From: a virus
Taxonomy: Duplodnaviria > Caudoviricetes
Reading direction: 5' to 3' (one strand)
Virus record (IMG/VR): IMGVR_UViG_3300049042_000233
Location: 1-32,178 of that record
DNA length: 32,178 nt
In this document: one piece after another, positions 16,466-24,645 of the stretch
Position numbering within the stretch: position 1 is the stretch's first letter
Layout: each line of letters begins with the position of its first letter
Notes under the pieces: model-generated
Database searches by the model: none
What the model saw: the letters and a program-made list of their open reading frames with translations, nothing else
Told to the model about the DNA's origin: nothing
Position numbers and translations under genes: made by a program

Positions 16466-17586
16466 GATGGGATTTCTCTTAGGTCGTTGGTCGCTGTCTC
16501 CCCTCGGAAACTCGATGGGATTCCGGTCCCGCCGGTCCCGCCTCCCAAAAGCGGAAGCATGAAAGCGGATTGTCGCTGGTAGTTGTTGCGGAGTGGATGC
16601 GTCTCATCACTCCCAGGGTATTCACTCCCCGGGATGTAGCCATTCTCATCGCGATTTCTGAGCATGAATCCAAACTCCTCGACGGGTTTTGCAAACGTCT
16701 CCTCAGGATCACAACTTGGCACCGTCACCCGCGCCTGAAGCTCAACCTCGGCGTGCCAGCGCGGGTATGGTTGATCGTTGAGGAAGTCCTTTCCTCCCGT
16801 GATTTCGGTTTCCTCCGGCATCGCTGCCATGTCGCTCCCGAATCCATCGAGGACGTAGCCGCTCGTTGAGCCCACAGTGCCCGTCTGGTGAATGAATCCG
16901 ACCAGAACGTCGACCTCATACTCTTTAACGAACTCTGTGGGGTACCACGGGTTGTCCTGCTCACCCGGCTCAAGCGGAATCTTGCGGTCTCCGGTCTGCA
17001 CGATGTCATCGGCGGAGATGCGAGAGGCCGGTTCGTTCCAAGCGTCGACCAGCTTGACCGGGAAGAACCAGTTCTGCCCTCCGAAGTTGAGCCCCTGAAA
17101 GCCCGTCAGCGGGTCAAACGAGGTTTGCCTCGTCCCGAATGTGACATCCTCCGTGTGTATGAGGTAAATCGAATTCAGGATGGAGTACGTTTCCGGATTG
17201 GAGTTCTCGGGATCGTAATCCACAGCGGCGTTGCGCGTTGCGATTGCTCGCAAAAGGACGGTGGCCACGATGCGCTTGGATCCTCCGCTCAATGTGAAAC
17301 CCCGATACTGACGGTCCCCGATTTGGATGAGTGGACCAACGAGTCCGTAAGGCCACGGGGTCACGAAATAACGAGTGGATCCCTCACTGAGAAATGGCTG
17401 ATACCGTGGACCCTGCGGCTCGCCTTGGGTGATTGTCCTCGGTGGGGCGACAGTGAGAAACGTTCCCCTCGGCGTTTCGTTGGCGGTGAAGTCTTTCGTC
17501 TTTTGCACCTGCAAACGCACCAACTCACGACGAATGGCCGAGAGCGTGCGCCCGATGGGTCCCGGTGTTGTGATCGTCGGGATCAT
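16456..17586 (-). CDS. Putative tail tip protein
   Basis: Restarted at ATG 17586 (MIPTITT, ATGA-coupled); 376 aa. Confidence 0.6.
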   Translation of the reverse strand: MIPTITTPGPIGRTLSAIRRELVRLQVQKTKDFTANETPRGTFLTVAPPRTITQGEPQGPRYQPFLSEGSTRYFVTPWPYGLVGPLIQIGDRQYRGFTLSGGSKRIVATVLLRAIATRNAAVDYDPENSNPETYSILNSIYLIHTEDVTFGTRQTSFDPLTGFQGLNFGGQNWFFPVKLVDAWNEPASRISADDIVQTGDRKIPLEPGEQDNPWYPTEFVKEYEVDVLVGFIHQTGTVGSTSGYVLDGFGSDMAAMPEETEITGGKDFLNDQPYPRWHAEVELQARVTVPSCDPEETFAKPVEEFGFMLRNRDENGYIPGSEYPGSDETHPLRNNYQRQSAFMLPLLGGGTGGTGIPSSFRGETATNDLREIPSCL

Positions 17587-18287
17587 GAATAGATGAGCGA
17601 GGACCAGCCAGCACCTGTGTACTGCCCGTAGTTTGCGGAAGCATTGCGATACATGAGCGTGATTTTCCAGCGATCTCCAAACGGTTCTGCGGTCGCCCCA
17701 GCGAGAAGCCACGATTGCGTTGAACCCCAGATTGCGACGGGTGGGAACGAGATTTTGCCAATGTCGTTGACTAGCAATGCGAATGCGCTCCAGACGTCAA
17801 AGTAGGTCACCTTGAGTGTGCAGCCGTTTCCCGCGATGTAGTTTGAGACACCGACCAATCCCGGCTTTTTGAACTCCACGAATCGCTTGGTCGACTCAGT
17901 GTCGTTCGATGCGACCCATAAAGCGTTGGTTTCGTTCGGATTCTCGGGTGTCCCCGCGAGGTCTTGGAATCTCGGGTTGGCGGTGATCGGTTCGGTCCCG
18001 CTGTTGGCATCGATGCTCAACCGTTTCTTCGCGGCTGACGCGTAAGCGTAGACGCTCCTTTGCTCTAGCATCGTGGTCTGTGAGCCCTCGTCGAATGTCA
18101 TCGATCGCGATATGATGCTTCGCTGCGTATCTGCGCCCATGTCCGGTAAACCAGTTGGACTGAGGATCGTGTCGATTTGGTTGTCTTTGAAGATGTGGAC
18201 CGAGGTTTGGATGACGTTTCCCCACTCGTCGGTATCAAACGAGTGCGAGGTTTTGACCGCTGTTTCGCCTTTGAAGATTCGAGACAT
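17583..18287 (-). CDS. Putative distal tail/hub protein (paralog of 18289..18936)
   Basis: Restarted at ATG 18287 (MSRIFKG); 234 aa; EPITANPRF...NALW...KRFVEF...WKIT. Confidence 0.65.
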   Translation of the reverse strand: MSRIFKGETAVKTSHSFDTDEWGNVIQTSVHIFKDNQIDTILSPTGLPDMGADTQRSIISRSMTFDEGSQTTMLEQRSVYAYASAAKKRLSIDANSGTEPITANPRFQDLAGTPENPNETNALWVASNDTESTKRFVEFKKPGLVGVSNYIAGNGCTLKVTYFDVWSAFALLVNDIGKISFPPVAIWGSTQSWLLAGATAEPFGDRWKITLMYRNASANYGQYTGAGWSSLIYS

Positions 18288-18288
18288 T

Positions 18289-18936
18289 TTAGGTGTAAAT
18301 GTCGGACGACCAAGCTGGTGCGCCGAGGAGTTGAGCAGTGATTTTCCAAGAGGCCCCGTTTTGCTCCTGCGCCACCGAAGTCCCAAGAAGTGAGAGGCCG
18401 TTGAACATCGAGAAGTTTGGAATCGGCGGAAGCGTGTAGACTTGCCCCGGTACCGTCGCGTCGTCAGCGTTGGCGGCCATCCACGTCAGGTTAAACGTCC
18501 ATTGCGGAGCTAGGTAGGTGGTGATGCCAGCCAACTCGAAGTCGTCGCGAAACTGCACGAATCGTTTCGCACCATCGAAGTCCTCCCAGATCGCGTTGCT
18601 CGTGTTCGGTGTCTCCGCATCTCCTGCCCAGTCGTTGAAGTTTGGATGTGCAGTGATGGGTTCGTTCGAGATTGTCCCCTCGACGGTGACGAAGTTCTTG
18701 GTGAATGCTGCGCCTCTATAAGTCCCCTCCGAAGTTCCGAGGCTGTCACTCAGCATCTCGACGTTTTCCTTCGCCCCAACCAACGCCAGCTGGATCGAGC
18801 CAATGGTCTTTGTTGCTGGCCACTCGTAGGGCTCGGTGTTGGGTCCCGTTCGCGCATAGCGGGTGCGGAAAACGACCTCGATGGCACCTTGCTCGTCGAC
18901 CTGTGCAGAGATTGGAAACTCGGTGTTGAGGCTCAT
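18289..18936 (-). CDS. Putative distal tail/hub protein
   Basis: Restarted at ATG 18936 (MSLNTEF, ATGA-coupled to the tape measure gene); 215 aa; EPITAHPNF...NAIW...KRFVQF...WKIT. Confidence 0.65.
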   Translation of the reverse strand: MSLNTEFPISAQVDEQGAIEVVFRTRYARTGPNTEPYEWPATKTIGSIQLALVGAKENVEMLSDSLGTSEGTYRGAAFTKNFVTVEGTISNEPITAHPNFNDWAGDAETPNTSNAIWEDFDGAKRFVQFRDDFELAGITTYLAPQWTFNLTWMAANADDATVPGQVYTLPPIPNFSMFNGLSLLGTSVAQEQNGASWKITAQLLGAPAWSSDIYT

Positions 18937-21125
18937 ACCACGGCGACGTTGAGAGACCCTTGTTTCGAGATTGCACTGACCACGTTGTCGAGCTTGCCGG
19001 TGACGGCTTGCTGCCAAATCTGAATCGAGCGGATAACAGGATCCGTTTTGTCGCCCCCGGGAATGGGGAGCGGGAACGGCTCGGCAACGATATCGGTGGC
19101 CTGTTTAAGGTGCTCTCTCTGCATCTTAAAGAACTCCTCGGCGGGTGGTCCTTGAACTGGAATCTTCGCAATCTCCTCGCGTTTCTTCGCGGCGAGAAAT
19201 GCCGGTGACGCTGCAAATCCTCCACCCAAATCTCCAGCTGCCCGAAGCCCCGGTGCCTTCCCCTCGAGCCCGATCATCGGCCCTCGGGATGCAAGGTTGA
19301 TTGTCCGTCGTCCCCCTCCGATTTTCTCGAGCGAGGTGAAGAAGTCACCGGTCTTGGTCGCCTTGCTTTTCTTTTCTTCAGCCTGAGCAGTCTTTGCAGT
19401 CAACTCGGTTTGGTTTTTGAGTGTACTGGACTGCTCACGGATGGCTGTTGCGTTGCGGAGTGCGGCCTCGGTGAGCTTGGCCAACTCGGTTTTGAGTCGC
19501 TCGTTCTGCACTTGAAGCTTCTCGGTCGCTGCTGTTTGGCGAGTGAATCCCCGCTCGAATGCGGCGATGAGTCCTTGTCCCGGTGTGCCCTCGGCATAGG
19601 CATCAGCGTTGCTCGGCGGAACGATGACACCGTTCGAAAACGACTCCTTGGTGTTGTAGGTGATGCGCTTCCCGTTCGCGAACGTCTCACGCACCTCGCC
19701 AGGAGTGAGAGGTGTCGGGTAACCTGCCGCTTGTGCCGCGAGCATCTCACCTGCCTGTGCTGAAGTGATACCACCGGATGCAAACCCAATCGGCCCTTCC
19801 AGACCGAGGCCACCCATCCGCATTCCTCGCCCCGTTGTCTCGTTGCGGGTCGGAGAGATGAAACTTGGCAATGCAATGTCAGCGAGCCCCGCCACTGCGA
19901 AACCGATTTGCTGCTTGAGGTAGGACGCGAACGCATCGACTGCGCGAATGAATGCCTGCCCAAGCGGAGACTCGAGAGCGGCCCCGATGGCTGGTCCAGC
20001 ATTGACGATCCGTTCGATGAACGAGTCGGCCACTGGAGCGAGAGCCCCGATGAGGTCAGCCCCAGAGAACACCTCGGTGATACCCTCGAGAGCCCGAATA
20101 CCGAATGCTTGCACTTCGGAAAATGCAAGTTTCCCCGAGACCGTCAGGATGTCCCAGAGCGTGCCGTTCTGGATGGCCCCCTCGATGATCTGGAACGCTC
20201 GCACCGCTGTGTCGACGGCCCGACCGAAGCCTGCGCTGAAGTCGCTTGAGAACTGTAGAGCCTTCTTCGTCGCGGTTGAGAAGATGTTGCCGAGAGCGGT
20301 TCCGATTGGCGCGAACTTGCCGACGAGATTCTGCGCGAACTCGATGAGCGGCTTGAGCCCTTCCGACGCTGCGAGGCCGAGGTTCCGCTTAACTTCCTCG
20401 ACGTTGTCCTTAAGCGTGGAGATGAGCCCGTTGAGCGTCTGGCCTTGGTTTGCTGCAGCTCCCGAGAAAAGGCCCGTGGTCGTCATCGCTTGAAGCGCGT
20501 TGACCATGTCTTGCGCTGAGATCTTGCTCTTGGTCAGTGCCTCTTGGAGACCCGCATCACTCAGGTTGAGAGCCTTTTTCAACTCCTCGCCAATCGGAAT
20601 TCCGCGCTCGAGAAACTGAAGGAAAGTCTCGGTTTGCATCTTCCCGACCGAGAGCGTTTTGACGTACGGCTGAAGGATTTCAGACATCGGCTTTTTGGTC
20701 GCGGCGGCGATGTCACCGATGATCCGAATCGACTCCTTCAGTTGCTCGGCCGGTACGTTTGCGGCGGCCAGAGATGCGCCAGCGTTGGCCACCTCGCTAA
20801 GTTGGAATGACGTTGTTGCTGCGTATTTTGCCAACTCTGAGACGGCCCCCTGTGCTGTCTCGGCGGACTTGTAGAACGTCGTGAACTGAGCCACCACGGC
20901 CTCGAACTCTCCGGCCACCGAGATGCTCTCGGCGAACGTCTGACCGAGCGCACGGAATGCACTACCGACGGCACCAATGCCAGCTTGGAGGCCAGCGAAC
21001 AGAGCTTGCCCCCCAGCTACGGAAGCGACGGAAGCGGCGAAGGATCGGAGTTGAGACCCTGCCTGTGTGAGCCCTTGTCTGAAGTTGCTCGTGTCTGCGC
21101 CGATGCGGATTGTGGCCGTGCTCAT
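18933..21125 (-). CDS. Tail tape measure protein
   Basis: 730 aa, Ala/Gly-rich helical. IRIGADTSNF start, tape-measure core (ELAKYAATTSF...IGDIAAA...FLERGIPI...GQTLNGLISTLKDN). Confidence 0.93.
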   Translation of the reverse strand: MSTATIRIGADTSNFRQGLTQAGSQLRSFAASVASVAGGQALFAGLQAGIGAVGSAFRALGQTFAESISVAGEFEAVVAQFTTFYKSAETAQGAVSELAKYAATTSFQLSEVANAGASLAAANVPAEQLKESIRIIGDIAAATKKPMSEILQPYVKTLSVGKMQTETFLQFLERGIPIGEELKKALNLSDAGLQEALTKSKISAQDMVNALQAMTTTGLFSGAAANQGQTLNGLISTLKDNVEEVKRNLGLAASEGLKPLIEFAQNLVGKFAPIGTALGNIFSTATKKALQFSSDFSAGFGRAVDTAVRAFQIIEGAIQNGTLWDILTVSGKLAFSEVQAFGIRALEGITEVFSGADLIGALAPVADSFIERIVNAGPAIGAALESPLGQAFIRAVDAFASYLKQQIGFAVAGLADIALPSFISPTRNETTGRGMRMGGLGLEGPIGFASGGITSAQAGEMLAAQAAGYPTPLTPGEVRETFANGKRITYNTKESFSNGVIVPPSNADAYAEGTPGQGLIAAFERGFTRQTAATEKLQVQNERLKTELAKLTEAALRNATAIREQSSTLKNQTELTAKTAQAEEKKSKATKTGDFFTSLEKIGGGRRTINLASRGPMIGLEGKAPGLRAAGDLGGGFAASPAFLAAKKREEIAKIPVQGPPAEEFFKMQREHLKQATDIVAEPFPLPIPGGDKTDPVIRSIQIWQQAVTGKLDNVVSAISKQGSLNVAVV

Positions 21126-21772
21126 ATTGCAATTCCTAGTTTTCGATACAGGTACTCGGCCATGTCTGCGGCCACTGCTCCCAACGCCTTTTCGACGTAG
21201 CCTTTTCGGTCGACGAACGAACTGATGCCGGGACGCTTGTTTTGGATTTCAAGGTAGGTCTCAAGGAGGCCGTCAAACTTTCGCACGACAGCTGCGGGGT
21301 GCTTTGATTCGATGGTGTCAAACTTGGCTCCCTTGACTAGCCATCCCCACGCCCCTGCTCGACCGGCTGCGTCTTGTCGCTGCTTGATCTCGAGGCCCCA
21401 GCGGTCTTGTTGCACTGTTGTGCGTTGCAGTTGCGCGGCAGCCATCATCATTTTGACCACGGCCAGTTCTCCCCGCTTGCCCCTCTTGCCGATGTATTTC
21501 TTTTGTTTTTCCAGTTCGGCTTGGAGTTTCGAGCGGCGAGCACCAACGCGATCGATGATGCGCTTGGAGATTCTCAGGTTCCCGTCCTTTTTCCGCCTCT
21601 CAATGGCTTGGAGCGTCTCCGGCCGAGTGTCCATGTGGAACTTCCCAGCGCGGAGAACGACATCGCGAAACTTCCGTCCGACGATGCTCTTCACCTCTTT
21701 CCGCGAGTTCTCGAGGTAGATCCCGAGCACTCGGTTGAAGTTCGTCAGGTCCATCGAAAGCGTGAGTTTCAT
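21122..21772 (-). CDS. Basic hypothetical protein (possible tail completion protein)
   Basis: 216 aa, Arg/Lys-rich, coupled to the tape measure gene. Confidence 0.6.
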   Translation of the reverse strand: MKLTLSMDLTNFNRVLGIYLENSRKEVKSIVGRKFRDVVLRAGKFHMDTRPETLQAIERRKKDGNLRISKRIIDRVGARRSKLQAELEKQKKYIGKRGKRGELAVVKMMMAAAQLQRTTVQQDRWGLEIKQRQDAAGRAGAWGWLVKGAKFDTIESKHPAAVVRKFDGLLETYLEIQNKRPGISSFVDRKGYVEKALGAVAADMAEYLYRKLGIAI

Positions 21773-21957
21773 GCGTCACTTAAGCGCGGGTCATCCACTA
21801 TCGGCCTGATCCGGTGGCCTTGAGCCTCGAGCGAGGCCCCGAATAGCGCGTTAGCGTCCTGCATGGAAAGGGCGAGGATCTCGCTCGGAGTCCATCCGTA
21901 TGCACTCGCAAAGTGGTGGATGTACTTAGCGACCATCCCCGCCCGACTTAGTTTCCC
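21769..21957 (-). CDS. -1 frameshift extension of the tail assembly chaperone (gpGT-like)
   Basis: Slippery G GGA AAC at 21957-21951 just before TAA. The -1 frame reads LSRAGMVAKYIHHFASAYGWTPSEILALSMQDANALFG...SDA to TGA 21769, which overlaps the next ATG. Confidence 0.8.
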   Translation of the reverse strand, partial: GKLSRAGMVAKYIHHFASAYGWTPSEILALSMQDANALFGASLEAQGHRIRPIVDDPRLSDA

Positions 21958-22331
21958 GGTGCAGCCTCGGACCCTTCGATGACGACTTGTGATCCCGTGG
22001 CTTGCTCGATCATCTCACGGATCTGGCGTGCGATGTCAGCCAAGTCTGCGAGCGGGATGGATGGCAGGTTGAGCGACTCTTTGAGGATCCGTGCCTTGTC
22101 TCCTGCGAGATAAGCGGCGGTTGCTTCGGCCACCTTCTCCTGCGGCGCTGAGTGGAGATAGATGAACCCCAGGACATCGGCCATGCGGGTGCTCGGCGCG
22201 GTGAGGAGTTCGTTTCCGGTCAACTCCATGAGAGCGAAGGTTTGGAGCGTCAGCGGTCGGCATGGGATTCCGGCCACGGTTGCAGCAGCGTTGGACGTGC
22301 CCGTGATGAGGTGTTGGATGTCAGTCAGCAT
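21948..22331 (-). CDS. Tail assembly chaperone (gpG-like)
   Basis: 127 aa between the tube-like genes and tape measure; RPLT motif; ends PGN on a slippery heptamer. Confidence 0.78.
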   Translation of the reverse strand: MLTDIQHLITGTSNAAATVAGIPCRPLTLQTFALMELTGNELLTAPSTRMADVLGFIYLHSAPQEKVAEATAAYLAGDKARILKESLNLPSIPLADLADIARQIREMIEQATGSQVVIEGSEAAPGN

Positions 22332-22339
22332 GGTAATGG

Positions 22340-22858
22340 TTAGGCGAAATGTTTGAAGGTTTTAAGCGCATCTTGAAGCGTCTCGGTGGGAGCGTAGAGG
22401 ATTCCACGGCGGAGCTTTTGGCGAGTCAGTTCGTGGGTGGCGTTGACGAACGAGGCGAGCGTGGTGGCGTTCTCGCAGATGGCCACCCCGATGTAGGACT
22501 GCTCAGGGTTTGCAGCTTTTCGCACGCGGTTGATTTCATCGCGCACCTCAAGGCACGCGTGGATGATTTGCAGTTCCGCTAGGATCCGGAAGTCGAGGTT
22601 CTCGGGTCTCTTGCCTTTTGTCAGAGCGAAGTATGCGCTCGCAATGGCATCGGCCTTGATGGCGATTTGAGGTTCTCCACCGAATCCCTTCCACGTTCCA
22701 GCGACCTCGAAATGGAAGGTCGTGCGAACTTCTGGATTTCCGTTTGGCAGCGTTCGACGCTCGACGGTGACGGGGTTCTCAGCGTGCGGAGGAATCCCGA
22801 TGGTGGCCAGTGCGACAGCCAGTCGCTGGTTTCCGGTGGTGTAAAAAGAGGTGATCAT
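22340..22858 (-). CDS. Hypothetical protein in tail module
   Basis: 172-aa ORF, no recognised motif. Confidence 0.65.
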   Translation of the reverse strand: MITSFYTTGNQRLAVALATIGIPPHAENPVTVERRTLPNGNPEVRTTFHFEVAGTWKGFGGEPQIAIKADAIASAYFALTKGKRPENLDFRILAELQIIHACLEVRDEINRVRKAANPEQSYIGVAICENATTLASFVNATHELTRQKLRRGILYAPTETLQDALKTFKHFA

Positions 22859-22935
22859 GGCAAGGTGAGAATCCGGTTTTGAAAGGAGACGCGGTTTTGG
22901 CCCACCGCTTCCGGAAACTCCTCGGGGCTGATGGA

Positions 22936-23277
22936 TTAAGAGATGCCGTCGTAAGCGACCGCCTGCACGTTTGACTTGGTGAGATCCTCGGAGGATTCGA
23001 CGACCTCCGAAGAAGTCACGAAGACCGCACCGGTGACGAATCCCGAGATCAGACTCGGAAGCGTTGCGGTGTCTCCAACGTTTGGCGAGGTCGCCTCGTA
23101 GGTTTCAAAGTTCACCTCATCTTTGACGGCGAAGTAAACGACAGCCCCGAATCCTCCGTTGCCGTCAGGGATTTCCTTTTTGGATGAGGTCTTGTTGACG
23201 GTTGCAGTGGTCAGGAGCGTCGCGGATGAACCTCCGGTGCCGAATGTTACCGCTGTGCCTTTAATGATTTCAGCCAT
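22936..23277 (-). CDS. Putative tail tube-like protein, copy 2
   Basis: 113 aa, beta-rich; position of major tail protein; paralogous to 23297..23623. Confidence 0.6.
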   Translation of the reverse strand: MAEIIKGTAVTFGTGGSSATLLTTATVNKTSSKKEIPDGNGGFGAVVYFAVKDEVNFETYEATSPNVGDTATLPSLISGFVTGAVFVTSSEVVESSEDLTKSNVQAVAYDGIS

Positions 23278-23296
23278 GATTTTGAGTCGGTTGAGA

Positions 23297-23623
23297 TTAG
23301 GTCAAGCCAGCGTAGAGGGTCTTCGACACCGTGAGCTTCGCTACGTCCTCGGCCGAGAACGAGCGGTTGATGGAGTCGATGAACGTGTTCGAACCGGCTG
23401 CACTGCCAATCGTTCCGCTGAAGGAACCGCTGATGTAGCCGTCGATGGTGATTTCCGTTTTGAGGTTGTAGAGCGCGACGCTCTGCACGTCCCCATTCGG
23501 CCCGATGATTTCTTTGGATGCGGAGGATTTCTTGGCGTTGTACTGCGTCACGAGCATCCCCGATTGGGTTTGCAGCGTTCCAAGGGTGCCATAGTCCTCC
23601 CCGTTGTCGTGGATTGTTGCCAT
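23297..23623 (-). CDS. Putative tail tube-like protein, copy 1
   Basis: Restarted at ATG 23623 (MATIHDNG); 108 aa; KKSSASKEI..NG...SAEDVAK...YAGLT. Confidence 0.6.
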   Translation of the reverse strand: MATIHDNGEDYGTLGTLQTQSGMLVTQYNAKKSSASKEIIGPNGDVQSVALYNLKTEITIDGYISGSFSGTIGSAAGSNTFIDSINRSFSAEDVAKLTVSKTLYAGLT

Positions 23624-23627
23624 GTCG

Positions 23628-24056
23628 TTATTGTTGAGAGAGTTGATAAGCCCAGAGCTTGAAAGCGAATGTGTCCAACTGGACCTCCTCGGCGAAGGTT
23701 GTGTTTTGTGTCCCGAGGACGAACCCGAGCACCTTGGCCGACCCGAAAGAGAACTGGTCAAAGTCTCCATCAGCCACGGGGTTGAGCATCGCGGCCAGCA
23801 CGTTTTGCTTGATCTGCCCGGCCTCGTCAGCGGTGTACGCGGAGCGGTTGATGCGGAGGATGGCTTGGCCGTCGAGGATGAAGACTCGCGATCCGGCGAC
23901 GAGTTCGCGGTTGATCTCAACGCCGACGAAAAAGGATGCGGTCTCGCGTAGCTCGTCGGTGTCGGCACCGAGCACCTGCAATGTTGCGAGGTCGTCATCC
24001 GCTTTGACAGCGGCGACGACTCCACCAGCGACGTCGGCGAGAAAGTTGGTGCTCAT
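23628..24056 (-). CDS. Putative tail terminator/completion protein
   Basis: 142 aa; synteny between head closure and tube genes. Confidence 0.5.
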   Translation of the reverse strand: MSTNFLADVAGGVVAAVKADDDLATLQVLGADTDELRETASFFVGVEINRELVAGSRVFILDGQAILRINRSAYTADEAGQIKQNVLAAMLNPVADGDFDQFSFGSAKVLGFVLGTQNTTFAEEVQLDTFAFKLWAYQLSQQ

Positions 24057-24376
24057 TGGTCCTGTTTCACCTCGAACTCGAGGATGGGGTTTTCTGGTAG
24101 GCTCTTCACGTTCACCACGCGGTACTTCATGCCGTCGATCGTGAACTGGTTCCTCCGTGGCTCCCCACCCTTACCGTACTCATCAAATGACGCCCGAGAA
24201 ATACGGATGGTCAGGTTGCCCTCGTTGTTCACCCCGGTCTCCTCCGGAATGGTGTAATATTCAGAGTTTGAGACGACCGCCTGCACGCTCTCCCCGTTGA
24301 GCAGCACCGCCGCGCCCATCGTCGAAGCGGCGTGATTGAAGGTGCGGAGCAGAGCGTTTGAGAATGCGGTCCTCAT
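24053..24376 (-). CDS. Putative head closure / head-tail joining protein
   Basis: 107 aa, beta-rich with FTIDGMKYRVVNV, like gpFII/gp16-type stoppers; synteny. Confidence 0.6.
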   Translation of the reverse strand: MRTAFSNALLRTFNHAASTMGAAVLLNGESVQAVVSNSEYYTIPEETGVNNEGNLTIRISRASFDEYGKGGEPRRNQFTIDGMKYRVVNVKSLPENPILEFEVKQDQ

Positions 24377-24594
24377 GCGTAAGCGATGAACTCGAGGCCT
24401 TTGCCTTTAATGGTCGGCAGCATCCCATTTTCGTCGTAGATCCCCGCGCCTTTTGGGACGAGCGGAGCGGCGGTGATGGGTGGCGGATTAACTGCCTTCG
24501 GCCCCGACTGGAACGTCACCTTGGCCAGCACGGCGAGGCCCCCCGGGGTGTCGAGTCCGGTGTACCTTTGAACCTGTGAAATCGGTGGAACCAT
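24373..24594 (-). CDS. Small hypothetical virion-module protein
   Basis: 73 aa, ATGA-coupled to the next gene. Confidence 0.55.
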   Translation of the reverse strand: MVPPISQVQRYTGLDTPGGLAVLAKVTFQSGPKAVNPPPITAAPLVPKGAGIYDENGMLPTIKGKGLEFIAYA

Positions 24595-24597
24595 ACG

Positions 24598-24628
24598 AAA
24601 AAAGGGGAACGGGGTTTGCCCGTTCCCC
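24598..24628 (-). terminator. Rho-independent terminator after the major capsid gene
   Basis: Minus strand GGGGAACGGG-CAAAC-CCCGTTCCCC-TTTTTT: perfect 10-bp stem plus U6, 17 nt after the capsid stop. Confidence 0.88.
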
Positions 24629-24645
24629 CTTTGGAATGCAATGCA

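Noticed and set aside
14842-24056. Contractile tail (myovirus) module suggested by the small tube-like proteins
   Set aside because: No sheath-sized gene or baseplate J/wedge motifs recognised.
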